The notes under the pieces are model-generated. The model saw nothing but the letters and a program-made list of their open reading frames with translations. It searched no databases and was not told the origin of the DNA. The position numbers were made by a program, and so were the translations under genes. Shown in pieces: positions 14,179-28,724 of a DNA stretch of 64,000 nucleotides (positions are counted from its first letter, which is position 1; each line of letters begins with the position of its first letter). Source of the stretch: the human T2T-CHM13v2.0 reference genome, Homo sapiens; NCBI RefSeq assembly GCF_009914755.1, contig NC_060927.1, one strand, 5' to 3'.

Positions 14179-16954
14179 AATATTGACCTTAAATGGACTT
14201 TAAATTCAGTTATGGTTTAGTATGCTGAGAAGTTTGCCAAATTTATGAAGTTTGTGGAAATATTGGTTCTGATGCTCTAATAATCTTTGATCTTAAACTT
14301 CCTGAAGCCATTCAGTATGAATTTTCTCAATAAATGCTTATATACATATTACGCCTTTCTTTTTTTAGTAACCTGTTTTAGTCTCATAGAAGATAAACTT
14401 TTGATTTCAGATTCATGGAAGTATGGTTGCCAAGATTAAGAGAAACCAACAGGTGAATTTAGAGGACATAAATTTTCATTTGTAAAATAAAAAGAAATAG
14501 GAATAGAAAACATTTATAGCTGTCAATGGTCAGAAAGGTATAGTAACCTAGAGATTATAAGAAATACTTTAGTGCAATCATTATTCTGTAACACATTTGC
14601 TTTGATAGATTATTATGTTAGACAGATTGGTTAGAAACAATAACATATTTTGTTTGTGTTGAATATAGCCACAGTTACTTTCTTGTAGCAACTATTAAGG
14701 AAACTTAGAAACAAAAGAACAGTGCCAAAATAATAACCATTCCCTGTAGCAACAGCTTGATTAAAACTTAATGATGAATCAGTGAAACTATAATTACAAC
14801 CTTCTACCTTATGTTTGCAATTTAGAATACAGTAAAATCAGTCAAATAAGATTTAACATGTAACAATAGCAAGAGGGGTCCTGCTTGTGCCGTTTTTATT
14901 AGGAAGATTGCTGTGCCAAATCTCTAAATCTCTACCTCAATAATTTTCCAGCTCAGTTTTCATCACACACAGAAAAAGCCCTTTGGGAAGTAGAATCTGT
15001 AATTAGATCAAAGGTTGGGGCAGGTTTACTTTAACGGTACATATGCTATAACATTCTAATGGTAGTGATTTTCTTTTCTTCAAAGGTTTTAAGATTTGAC
15101 GTGTTGTATCTTATCCTACTTTTGTCTTTATTCATATTGTCAGAAATGAAAAAAACATTGAAATTTCTTCACCCTTGAAAGCAGCAACACTGTGAATGTA
15201 ATGTATGTTCATAGGTGACATGTACATGTCCTCATACACTTAGATGCTGGTAGAGTGTCCTTTTCAAGTGTCCTTTATGGTCCTGTTCTGACTTGGGATT
15301 GAAAAAGCTAGGAAATAAATGATATCATGTTTTGTAAATGTTTTTCTGACAGCCTCTAACAGTACTTCCCCAAGAAGGCCCGATGAGCATCTCCCCATAC
15401 TTCACCATCAGTTGCGTAGGTAGCTAGTTACAAATGGGGATTTTTGGAGATGACACTAGGGTTCCTGTATTTTAAACACAATCTCTAGATGATTGTGCAA
15501 CTCACCAATATTTAATGCCACTGATCTAGGCACATAAAACATCTGAACTTACACCCCAGTAGTAAATATTTTTACTGAATTGGCTCAGTAATTCCCTACA
15601 TAATATTTTAGTAGGTGCACAACACTGGGTGTGGTGTACCACTTGTAGATCAAATGTGTTATTCTTTCTGTTCTCCTCAAAATGACATATTTTAGACCTA
15701 AAAAGGCTAGTTTAATAAACTGGTTATTTTTGAGTGTGACAATGAACTCAGACATGTAGATTTGGATTTAACTGGAGTTAGAATGAGGTTTTCTCCAAGG
15801 CCCATGCTGTCATAGAGCCTCGTAGGCAAAGGCAGCTTGTTTTATGGTTTAGCTCCTTTAGTAACTGACAAGGCCGTTGGACCCCCTTTGTACCACAGTC
15901 CATTCCAGGGTCTCCTTTGGTATCAGCATATGGGGCAAACATGTTCTTATTCAGCTTTCCCACTGGTTAAAGGATTGGACGCATAGATGCTGTGTGGTGT
16001 TTTTCAGCTCCAGAGCATGGTGCACATTTTACTGAGTTTTTCCCTAGTTGTGGCTTAAGCTGTTTTGTTTATCTACTTAATATCATGCTTTAAAAATGAG
16101 TACGTAGTATTCTTCATGATCTTCACTGGCCTTTTCTAAGAAGAACCACTGAGCAAGATAATAGAAGAAAGGTTGACAACTTTTGAAATGTATTTTATCT
16201 TTTGAATTAATCATGCTTTTGAAATATTCATCGATCAATACAGATTATCTCTCCCTTGCAGCTGGAATATTTTGCCACATCTCTGCACAGTTGTATAAGT
16301 GAGTCGTGGGGGATAGGTGAAGTAGAAGATAACATGGCTGCCCTGAGCCACAGTGAAATGTAGCTGATGATGGCAATTGCTTGTATATAAAGATGAATGA
16401 AGGTTCATCAATAGTGTATGACTATTACCAGGAAACACAGAAGCTGAAACAGAACTGTCAGATACCTGAGTGCACTCAAACAAACACTTTTTTTGTGTGA
16501 TGTGTCTAAGCACATCCATGTATTATGGGACCTTTCACCCTATTTTCCTGTCTGTTGACTTTTTCAAAGTGTGTCTGGGAGTCTTCCTTCAGGGCATTAA
16601 ATACATAAGGCAGGCAGACTTTTAAATTCCTTCTTAGCAACCCTAAACCATAAGAATTACACAAAAAATTATCTCAACCATATAAAAAGCAGTTTGTTTT
16701 CCAGACTCCTTTTATTTTGTATTATTTCCTCACTTGTACATCTTTGATTCTTTTTTGTAATAGGTTGCTTTTGTTCAGCTCATCTTAGATTCCTTCACCA
16801 CTTCTATGGTCCTTACCTAGTGATGTGGATTTAGATCTGAAGTTCCTAATACGTTCCAGGCATTGAGGATGAAATGACAGGATAAGATACTGCCTTTTAG
16901 AGGCTTGCTGTAAGTGCACTAAAGTGTTACAGGCATTTTTAAGAAAAGGAACTA

Positions 16955-17269
16955 TAGACGGTCCGTGACTTACGATGGTTCTACTTAAATGACTTTACAA
17001 TGGTGCAAGAGTGAGATGCATTCAGTAGAAACTGTATTTCAGATTTTGCATTTTGATCTTTTCCGGGCTAGTGATAGGTGATAAGATGCTCTCTGGCAAT
17101 GGTGGGCAGTGCATGTCCCAGTCAGCTGTGCTGGTGTAAGTATTCTGAGCAATTTTAGGGAGGCAAGGCTAAAGCAATGATGTTCCGTAGGTTGGGGGGT
17201 ATCACATGCGTTTTCAACTTATGATGGGTTTATTGGGACATAACCCTGTCATAAATTGAGGGTCATCTG
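16955..17269. mobile_element. MER47-like Tigger-derived MITE
   Basis: TA-flanked imperfect TIRs agacggtccgtgacttacgatgg and tcataaattgagggtcatctg. Confidence 0.65.
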
Positions 17270-19019
17270 TACAAGGTAGAGTGAGAGACTGAAGGGAAGG
17301 AGGGGTTGGTTTTCTCCGGACTGGGGTAGATGGATGGGTGTTAATTCAGAAAAAGCCTCACAGAATAGCCAGGCTTTAAGCTGCATTTAATTTAATTCAT
17401 TAAAAAAATTGTGCATCTATTTAAGGTATCAACACAATGTGGGATACGTATAGATAGTAAAATGGTTGCCACAGTGAAGTAAGTCAACATATCCATCATT
17501 TAACATAATTAGTCTTTTTGTTTTGTGTTTGTGGCAGGGCAGCTAAAATCTGATTTAGCAGGAGTCTCAGTTATAGTACAATTTTATTATCTTGCATTTA
17601 GAATAGGATGGTTTGTTAGGTGGGTGGGTGCAAGGAGGGGTGTTAGAGTTCTGAAAAGACCTTGTTAGGTAGTTTTAAGTTCCATATGTTTGGAGCACAG
17701 TATGATAGGGTCACCCTGAGGCGAAGCAGGGGCTGAGAGCTATAGGGCCTTGCCTGCTATAGTAAGGAGTTGGGACTTTTTTGATCAGACTTGTAATTTT
17801 AAGAAAGTCCCCTGGCAGCTGTGTGGAGATAAGGAGACTATTAAAGGAATCCCCAGGAGAGAACCACAGCTGGGGCAGAGGGATGCAGAGGGAGAGAGTG
17901 AGTTCAAGAGATGTTAAAGAGGTAGAGCTGGTGGAAAGATGATCATTCTTTCAGGAGCCCTTCCAGCGACATCCTTCAGTGCGTTTTTCATCATGGATGC
18001 CTTTTAGTTTGTTGTGTCTATGTGTGTTGTGCACCTACTTGAATTCTCCAATGGAGTCTACCGAGCTAAGTTGAATAAGCATGCCCCATCTTGCCAGTGG
18101 GCCCAGCCATCTGAGTCTGAGCTAACACGCAGAGAGGGAAAGAAGACGAAAGAGAGAGAGGGTCAGAACGGGAGGGTCAGGGCTTCCCCTGGCTTGGCAT
18201 TATCTGTGTGTGGTTATGACCTTGCTTGTAGTTATTCATCTATAGTACAGGCATGAATGTGCTGAAGAGATTTATCAGTGAGGCCTGTAGAAAGGAACAT
18301 TGTACCCCATCTGCATCCTCACCCCCAGTTTCTCGATGAGTTCCTTTTCTAACATATTTCAGATTGTTTTCTGTTGTATGGATTTTCTTTTTCTAATATA
18401 GTATGCAGTGTTAGTTCAGATGGTATTGATTCATGACCTGGGAGAGTATATTTCATTGATTTTTTTATTTAGTTAGTGGACAAAAAGGAAGGGAAGCTCT
18501 GTTAACTTTTTATTTAAGAGCTGCATGAGTTTATAGAACACAATTAAGTTGAGCTTTATAGGCACAGTATGATTTTCATATAGGTTGATGAAGTTGAAGA
18601 AACGATTCTGAGCCACAGGAGTGTAACTTGGTCAGTTATTGCCACTGCATTGTAAATGGAAAGACTGAATACTACTCTCAAAGGACCAAAATACCAAAGG
18701 AGGTTAGGATTGGCCACTTCCAAGCGAGCCTGAACTCTGTCAGTGACAAACCTTTATTTCCTAAAATATTGCCTTGTTAAGATTAGGGTTCTTGAATTAA
18801 ATGCAACTGTCACTTATTTGCTTTGGTTTGTGATTGTGTGCTTTTCAATATTTGAGTTGTATAGCTAATACTATTAATAGGTGCTAAGAGACACCGAATA
18901 AGAAATTTGATCCCCGTTTTTGAGGAGCATATAAGTAAGTTGGATCCATCTGTTAAATAACTAGGGAGTATTTGAGGATGTCTGTAGGGAGGTAGCAAGG
19001 TATGGACCATGGGCTGTCA

Positions 19020-19220
19020 AGTTACACAGATCGGGGTCAGATTTGTGACTTGTCCACTTATTTGTCTGTAGGCCATTTACTTGCCTTCACTGAAATGCTC
19101 TTTTCCTCATCTTGAAAAAATAGGATTAATGCCATCCCAGTCACAGTTCTTACAAGGATGAAATTATACAGCACTTAACAAAGTGTCCAGCCTAGCATCT
19201 GACACACAAAATATTGAATA
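19020..19220 (+). mobile_element. MIR SINE remnant
   Basis: MIR core-like ttcctcatct.gaaaaaa tagg...aaggatgaaat...cagcactta. Confidence 0.5.
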
Positions 19221-19573
19221 AACATTGGGTCTAGCCCCATTTCACACAAGTTGCTGAATGCGGCACGTTTTTAGAATTTCCTAGTTTTGGGAAAGGTATC
19301 TATTCAGAAGGTGAAAAAATTGAAATTCAAAGAAGTTTAGTGATGTGCTCCAAGTTTCCCAGCTATTATTATTCCCAGCTAATAATAAAACACCACTGTA
19401 GAATAAGTAATTAGATAAATATTTCTCTGTATACTTCCAGGAGCACCTCTGTTTTCTTTTTCATGTAGTATTTAAAAAATGGCAGAAGTAGCGGTAAGTA
19501 TACTACTTGTGCAGTAAGGATTCACATCACTGGTTTCTTAAAAGGTCAGGTTCCAAAATTTGCCGTTGGTTAC

Positions 19574-20331
<758 letters not shown>

Positions 20332-23181
20332 GTCACCATTGCCACCTCCTCAACGTTCAGATTTTTGTATTGGTGGGAATCTATAAATCCATCCATGGGA
20401 TGTTTGTCACCTCCTGTGAAATCATGGCTCATTTCTGTTATGGAAAAATACAAAAGCAAAAAAGCCATTTGAGGCTTATCTTTTGGGTTGTATAAAATTC
20501 TGTGAACAAATTGTAGACACAGGGACTAAGTGTTGATAGAGTTATTTTCTTTGAGAAGACTTCCTTGTGTAGTCTGTATTACCCGTGACAGCAGTCTTGT
20601 CAGGCGAGGGAAGACTAATACCTACAACGATTGAACTTATTTGCGTGATTGGAAAGAGTCTTATAAGGGAGAAAGGTTTGATGAACATAGGTCCCAATGC
20701 AAGTAGGTAAAAATTAAAATCTAAGGAGTGTAAGTTAGGATTTGTAAATTGGTTTTGTCAACAGCTGTAATTCCATTTATCAACAGAAGATGGCAGACTT
20801 GACACACAAATGAACTGTTGTAGAGGTTTTTGATTTTTTAAATGATGGTATAGAAAGAGATGTAAAATATTCTTAATTGGAAACCTGCTTTCTAAAGAGA
20901 ATTTTGGGAATTACAAAGAGAATGTGGAAATGAAATACACGTAAGCAAATTGCATTTCAAAAATCTTCATAGTTTCCAGGGGTCTCTCCCTGACCCCCTG
21001 TCTTACTAATTTGCCACTTTGAGTTTGCTCTGGAAAGTCCAAAGCAGCTTTTGCTTTGAATACGATGAAGCTTTGAGTGGCTCTGTTCAGTGTATTGTTA
21101 AATTTCTGTTGAATTGGTTATAGAGTTGCCTGTTGAAACATGAAGCATTAGCTGAAATTAAACCTTGAACCTCTAAGTGCATTAGATGTGTGTAAGTATG
21201 ACATCTTTATTGAAAAATAATTCTGGAGATGATAGTCAGAACACTTGGGTTTCACCCATGCTTCCTGAGCTAAGTAGCTCTCTGACCTTCAGCAACTTCT
21301 ATGATCTCAGATTGATTTATATATAAAATGGTGACATAATTAGCTTCTAATATCAGAGGAATATTTGCAGGTAGTTGATGGAGTTTCTTGGAGAAAAATC
21401 TTAAATCAGAATTTTTTTTGTGAACTATGTTGAAATAGTTGCGAAGAAGATGTAATGTTAATAAAAGGTATTATTGGGGATACTTAGGGACTTTGAAGAG
21501 CATTTCCAGAACTAGAGGACAGGGTGCAGTTGTAAAACCCTGGTGGTGATGTGTTGAAGGAAGGGAACTTGGCTGTGGCAATGAAAGAACCAGGGGTTTT
21601 AGCAGCATCCATCTCTCTTTTCCTCCACTCAGTACCTAAAGTGAGGCCGAAGTTCACTGGAATTTTTTCCCTTTCAAATGTTTAGTTTTATGATTTGTAG
21701 TCTTGCATCTTGGGTTTTTGTTTTTGTTTAAAGAGACAGGATCTCATAGGTGGCCTAGGCTGGCTCCAAACTTGTGACCTCAAGTTATCCTCCTGTCTTC
21801 ACCTCCCTGAGTAGCAGGGGCAGCATGCATGTGCACCTGGTTCTTGGTGTTTCATTTAATAAATATCAAAAGGAAACATTCAGTCCTTAGCTGCAGCAGT
21901 CAATTAAAAACAACAGAAAATATTTTATTTATGCCAAAGGAAGAAAAATCTTGGTAGCAGCATCATGATTTAATCAACATTTTAATCTAAGGTTTCATAT
22001 TTTGGCATATTTAAGGAGGCCAGCATTGCATTTTGATTTTGATAAAGTATGGAGGGAGCATGTTTTTTTTTTTTTTCCTTTATGGAAAACCTTAGTAGTT
22101 CTTGTTTTTAGATAGAACTTTAACATTTAAAACATTCTTGGATTTAGTGAAAATGCCACCATTCCTGTGTCATGGATTCATACTGAACCTCAGATTTATA
22201 AGGAAAGAATGCTTTACAGAATGGATTTACCAAGAGACCCACAGATGACATTCTGTTTCCTTTCATAGAACCATAATACTGTAACATGTTTTTGTTCTTG
22301 TGCAGTGAAATACTTTGTTGTAGCTCAAATTCAAATCTAAGAAGGATCAGAGTTAATAGAAAACCAAATGGAAGGCTCCGGAGGTACTGGAGGAAGCAGA
22401 AGCATTACTTTGTAGCATCTCTCATGCCACAGTTGTCACCCAGCAGAAGTCAGGAAGCCATGCTGGGTGCTTTGTACCCCTCAGCTAGTTAGATTGATTT
22501 TTTATCGGAGAGGCTTTTCAAAGTTTTTCTTCTGCATCTGTATTTTTAAGAACTAAAAACACAATAGTAAGAACTTGGAGGGTTATGAAGCATGAAGTTC
22601 CATAAATATTTATACCAAACCACAGAAGTAGACAGTTCCTATTTTCTTCACATATTGGGGTCGGATTTCACTCTTGACCTCTTGAATTGAAAAATACAAG
22701 GAGTTAGTATACCCTTTTCTTTCTCTTATTTTTTCTTATTTATTTATTTTCAGTTCTTTAATGAGTTTTAGATGCTGGGAGCTGTCCTGTTAGGTTCATG
22801 TAGGTTTCGTTGGACTTATACCCAATTTTAGGCCTTACTGGTAAGCTGTTTAATCTGTTTTTGTGGATTTATTGCTACTAAATTTATAATATGTCCTTTT
22901 TATCAAGGCTGATAGGTTGCCATCTAAAAGCATATTTTAAATTAGCCCTTTTATTTTATTTTTCTTCCTCACTTAAAATCTTTGGTCCATAATAAATACT
23001 TTTTTCCTTTGAAATTATGTTAAAAACTTGTGAAATAATAATAAATGTGAATTGTAGAGAATTTAGAAAATATAGGTAGGTAGAAAAGAAACACCTGTAA
23101 TTCTACTCTGTTTTTTCCCTACTCTTTACATAAGTATATGTATAGGCAATAAATATATGTAGAGGCAAAACAAAAAAAATT

Positions 23182-23460
23182 AGGCTGGACATGGTGGCTC
23201 TCGCTTGTAATTCCAGTGCTTTGGGAGGTTGAGGCAGGTGGATCATTTGAGGCCAGGAGTTTGGGACCAGCCTGGGCAACATAGCAAGATCCTTTCTCTA
23301 CTAAAAGATGAAAAAATTAGCAGGGTGTGGTGGCACACCCGTAGTCCCAGCTCCGCAAGAGGCTGAGATGGGAGGATCACTTGGGCCCAGGACTGAGGCT
23401 GCAGTGAGCTTTGACCATGCCACCTTACTGTAGTCTGAGTGACAGAACGATACCCTGTTT
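23182..23460 (+). mobile_element. AluJ-like SINE
   Basis: Diverged dimeric Alu. Confidence 0.85.
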
Positions 23461-25108
23461 CTATGTATATTTATATGTAAATTCTAAAGTATGGAGAAGT
23501 CATTTCTGTGGAATTGATGATTATTTTTTTGCTGATTCATTTCCTCCTGGCTAGTTTCATTTGTTTTCAACATAAAATAATACACCAGCTGATTAGTAAG
23601 TTTGATGCATACCATCTTCTTGCTGTCAGGGTGCTTACAATTTAGTAGAAGAGGAAATATATTTCACAAACTATATGGTGTAAGCTAGTAAGTAAAAAAC
23701 GTCAGATAAGAAAGCTTATTTGGGAATTAAGAATACAGAGGGAGGGAATCTTTTGAGGTTAGATAAGGTATAATTTTGGAAAATTAAGAATTATAGAAAT
23801 AAGGACCTAAAAAGATACCATAAAGATTTCTGGTCCAAGTCAAGTAAGAAAAATTATACATATATGCATCTAATTGCATAAATATATACATTATTATTTG
23901 TCAATTTTCTTCATTTTAAAATGAATTAAAAAAAAAGAAAAGACTCTGGAAGGCCAGGGAAACACCTGGGAATTCACTTGCAGAACTGGGGCCACAGTCT
24001 AGGGCCGCAGACCCTCAGCCAGACCACTGCTCATTCCTCCCTGGAGTTGAGCCCTGAACCAAAGATCCAGGTTTGATGCAGGAGTGACCCCGAGGCTGAG
24101 GGATGGGCCTGGTAAAGGGAGGTAGTCATAGACGGAGAGTCATGGGCTCGGGCCTCTGACTCTACCTTTTTTCATTTCCTGTGGGGTCTTCATGTATTAT
24201 TTCACTTCTTTGCTAGATTATCAGCCTTTCTCTTGCTGATAGCACTTTCCCCCATCGTATGTGCAAATATTGACTGTGTTAAAACCACACTATTCCTTGA
24301 CCCTGTGGCCCTCTTAACTCTGAATCCATCTCCTAACACCTAGCCATCTTCACACGACGGTAGTGTACACTTGCTCATCTCCCTCAATCCCTTATGAATT
24401 GACCGTAATGGATCTCCCACCCCAGCCACTCTATGGAAGCAATACCGGTGAACTCTGTAAACCTTCATATGTGCGCTGCTCGAGACTCTTGATGCGTTGC
24501 TCTGCCAGTCTCCATTTGAGGCTTCTGGCCCCCTTGCACATCAAGTAGGGTGCTTGGTTGCTTGCCATCAACATTGATCCTGGCTAACTTATGGAATGAA
24601 GAATATTTTTTGGAAGATTGGCAGACACTGTTGCCTTCCACTTCTCCTTTGCCCACAGAATACTGATTTGGTTTGTGTCTCATGTTCCTAACGCTTTGCT
24701 AGATCTAGATATCCTCCACCTCCCTAACAAGGGGTGGCCATGTCACACAACTCTGGCCAACACATGCAAGGAGATGTCTGCGGGGGAAATCTGAGAAAAG
24801 GGAGGAGGCCTGTTCTCCTTGCCTTCAACTCTGTTGTGTGATAGGGTGGTGCTGGAGGACGTAAGAGCTGTCTTTTATCTGAGAGTCAGGATGCCCAGGA
24901 TGAGAGGCCAGGAAGCTGGGTGGCTGGGTAGAAGGATAGGAAGAGCCTGGCATCTTGTTCACTTTGAAGTTCTGGACTAAAATTTGAACTGCCTGTCACC
25001 AAATAACTTAAGTGACTTAATGTCATTTGTAGTCATGGTCCTGGCACTTGCATCTAAAAAAGCAATTATTTCTGTAAATGAATGTTCAGCTCTCCCGCTT
25101 GCTCCAAA

Positions 25109-25580
25109 CAGCACTGTTCAATGGAGATATAATGTAAGATGCAGGTGAAATTTTATATTTTCTAATAGCCACATTAAAAAAGGTGAAAACATCTGCTGGG
25201 ATGAATTTTAATAACATATTTTATTAAACCACACACATCCATGGTATTTAGATTTCACTGTATAATTAATGTAAAATAATTATTAATTGGGCATGGTGGC
25301 ACCACCTACTCAGGAGGCCAAGGTGGGAGAATTGCCTGAGCCCAGGAGTTCAGGGCTAGCCTGGGCAACATAGTGAGCCCTCATCTCTCTCTTTTTTCTT
25401 CTCTTTCCTTTTCTTTTTTTTTTTTTTTAATTATTAACAGGATATTTTACATTAATTTTTTATACCAAGTTTTCAAAATCTGTCATTTTAACACTTACAG
25501 AACATCTCAGTTGTACTAGCCACTTTTCAAGTGCTCCATAGCTGCATGGGCTAGTGGCCTGCATATTTGCCAGCATAGCT
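25109..25580. mobile_element. MER33/MER3-like hAT MITE interrupted by an Alu monomer (25287-25427)
   Basis: cagcactgttcaat...tagccacattaaaaaagg...caagtgctc.atagc..catg.gctagtggc. Confidence 0.7.
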
Positions 25581-25879
25581 CTAGAATCAGACCCCTGGAC
25601 GGGAGTGTTTGATTAGCCAGACCTAACTCACCTGATTGTGGTCCTCCTGCCAGGGTAGGAGGGGAGAGACTGACTCCCTTTGTTTTTCCTAACTGGGAAG
25701 CCCCCCACACGTGAGAGTCGGAAGCTGGGCTGCCAGAGAAGGCAGGTGTGCCCTGCAACATTATGTACCGCCTTCCAGTGTTGCTTGCTCTTTAGAAATT
25801 TATGTTCCCAGGGTTCCATTATTGGCTTTGATCTTCCTTTTTGGTTCTCTCTTTGGGTGTTACTATCTGGTTTTAGCGA

Positions 25880-26900
25880 TCACCTGTATGCTGATGACTT
25901 CCATATCTGTATTCACATCCAAGAAAAAGTTACTTTCTAGTTTTATAGCCATATATTCATTTCTTGACTGGACATAGCCCCTTACCTGTCCCCCAGACTT
26001 CAACTCAGCCTTGCCTAGTCTGAACTTACCTCCCTTCTTCCCTGGACTGCTAATCTCATGTTTTGGGACCACCATATGCCTATTATCCAAACCAGAAACA
26101 GAAGCATCTTACTGTCTCCCTACTTCTTCACTCCTTAACCTCCTGTCAGTGACCAGGTCCGGTGCATTTTACTCCTTTTTCCTCAGATTTGACCTTCTCT
26201 GAGCCATATTCATTTCCAGATGTCTTTTATAGAACTGCTATAGCAGTCTCGTAACCCATCTTTTGCCTTCTGGCTCGTGGTCCCCCTTTGCTTCTTGCCT
26301 TCCTCCCCACCCTCCAGCTGTCCTGTGCATTGCAGCCAGAGTGATCTCCCTAAGCACACGTCATTCCTCTGCTTCAGCTTTTTCAAGTGTTCCCACTGAC
26401 TATGGAATGAAGTTTCAGCCCCTTAGCATGGTATACAGGGCCTTGTCTGTCCAGTCTTACTTGTCATTACTCCTGACCTTGCACTTGCTGCTTTGGTAAT
26501 ACGGAATGGTGTGGGCAGCTGCCAGCTTTGGAATACTGTGTTGGTGGGACTGCCGCTGATTCCCCTGAACACCCTGCTTTTGTATTTATGTACTTCCTTT
26601 TATTGTTCATTCTTCCCACTGTGCCCTTTCCACCTTTCTTGCCAGCTCATTCCGGCTCATCCAGAAGGTTCTATAATGGTGTAATCTTGGGCAGTTTCTC
26701 TGAATCTGGGGGTTGGACTAAATACCCCTCCTCCACATTTCCCATAATCTTTGTCCATGCGCCCCACCCCCCTTTTGGCCATGTTTTATTGAAATTATTT
26801 ATATGTATTTGCGGGTTCTTTGAAGCCAGGGCATCATCTTAGTCTTCTTTATCATGGAGTGGCTTGTGTGGTATCTGGCTCCATATGTATTTCTTGAACT
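25880..26900 (+). mobile_element. L2 LINE remnant
   Basis: tatgctgatgac (RT YADD remnant) and ccagagtgatct, in pyrimidine-rich L2-type sequence. Confidence 0.6.
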
Positions 26901-27283
26901 GAATTAGATAAGTTTGAAGGGAGACTGGGTGGAAAAATATGTTGGCCCAAGTTACAGACAGCTTTATACATAAGAAGCATTCAAATGTTCAGTGAATGAA
27001 GAAATGGAAATCAGATGATATCGTTTTGTAAATCTTGTCAGTTTTGGTAGAAAAATAACTTCAGGTTATGAATCCTTTGTTAACATAACCATACCCTTTG
27101 TTGTAATGCATCGGTATGAAGCATTGTTACTTCTTAGCTTTAGAGGCAATATGCCCGTGTTAGCTGACTTCATGACATCTAAAATCACATCACATGGTGT
27201 CTTTGTCCCACTTGTCATGGGGTGCTCGGGCTTATATCTGTTCTGTGCCCAGTCTGCTCTTGCCAAGGCTAATTCCCTTGGAG

Positions 27284-27480
27284 TAGGAGTTGGCAAGCTG
27301 TCACCTGTTTTTGTAAATATAGTTTTATTGGAACATAGGCAAACTTTTAATTTATATATTATTATGTATAGATGCTTTTGTGCTAAAACAGCATAGTTGA
27401 ACAATTGTGACAGAGACCATGTGGCTTGCAAACTGTAAAATATTTCCTATTTGGTCTTTTACATTATAAATTTGCTGTAG
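27284..27480. mobile_element. MER58-like hAT MITE
   Basis: ggagttggcaa...cctgtttttgtaaata.agttttattggaaca...gacagagaccatgtggc. Confidence 0.7.
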
Positions 27481-28619
27481 AGCCTTGCCTTAGAACCATT
27501 TAATTTTGGACAGGCAAAGCCTTATGTGATATCCAAATTGAGTACTGATCTCTGATTAGGAATCAGGAGAATACGGATCATAAAGGGCAAACCTCTTTGA
27601 GTTGTGTACTCTATTTGGTGGAATGGTTTTCTTACATTTCTTGCAGGCTGGTCTTGAACTCCAGGGCTCAAGCGACCTTCCTGTCTCGGCTTCCCGAGTG
27701 CCATAACTTTCATGTTCAAGGTTACATATGTGAAATCTAAGTTGCAGAAAAAGTTTGTATATTTGCAGACTGCTAGGTGCATAGCGGCTTAAATACAGGA
27801 CTTTCATTAAAATGTTTAAAATATTTTTACACATCTCCCTCCCTGTACCTTGCCACCCCTTCTCCAACCTTGCCTTCTTTGCTTTTGTGGGCAGAGTTCC
27901 TTTGGGTTTGACTAATTCTTTATTGTTTCTATTTCTGAAAATAAGTAAATTACCTTAATATAGGGTAAGGTAAAATCCTGGCAGTGTGGATTTGAGATGA
28001 CATATACCCGGCCTCAGCATGTCACCAAGGGTGATATTAGAATCATATATTGGCTGGTAGCTGTGAGGATGACTCAAGTCTGCTGGAATGCTGGAGGAGA
28101 GTGTATGAGAGTGCTGGGAGTCCCTTTTCAGTTGCTGCATGATCAAGAGGTCTAGGGGCTGGAGTTGGTGAAGGGTGGAAGGCTGGGTACCAGCTGATGG
28201 TCAGCTTGCCTCTACGGATGTATGCATTACTTCCAGTAAAGCAGAGGTTCCTCTGGTTCATTTTTCATCACACATGTTTGAAATGTCATGTGCCAGTTGC
28301 AGTTCTGGGCGTTGGGGATTCGAAATGAGTAAATGTGCTTCTTGCCGTTGGGAGGCTTGTAGACAGATGTTCTTGGAACATCTGGCGGGAGGTGGCAGGA
28401 TCTATATAGGACAAGCCAGGAAAGGTTCTGGGCTGACAAAACAATGTACATGCTTTAAGGGTCCAAGAGTTTTAGGTTAAAAAAAAAAAAAGAAACTTTT
28501 TGACATCTTGCAGTAAGCCTACATATTATACCTTTTTACTACAATTTTTGCTTACCAAAAAATTTCAATTTTTATAGCAGTTATTTACTTTTTAGGATAT
28601 AATCAAATTTGTCTTTTAG

Positions 28620-28724
28620 GTTGCCTGCCTGATTCGAGTTCCATCTGAAGTGGTTAAGCAGAGGGCACAGGTATCTGCTTCTACAAGAACATTTCAGATT
28701 TTCTCTAACATCTTATATGAAGAG
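28620..28724 (+). CDS. SLC25A26: SLC25A26 coding exon (aa 101-135), 105 nt
   Basis: ttttag| acceptor, GAG|gtgaga donor. [35 protein letters not shown] carries the second motif PxExxKxR. Confidence 0.97.

Noticed and set aside
24350-24560. Relatively CpG-rich unique stretch with short ORFs on both strands
   Set aside because: No recognisable family or motif and too short for a CpG island; would need BLAST and conservation data.
28175-28480. 101-aa ORF with an apparent peptide repeat (FEMSCASC..RW / FEMSKCASCRW)
   Set aside because: GTG start, and the DNA resembles a decayed antisense L2 3' end (atgtgccag...ttctgggcgttgggga). No splice or family support; most likely chance.
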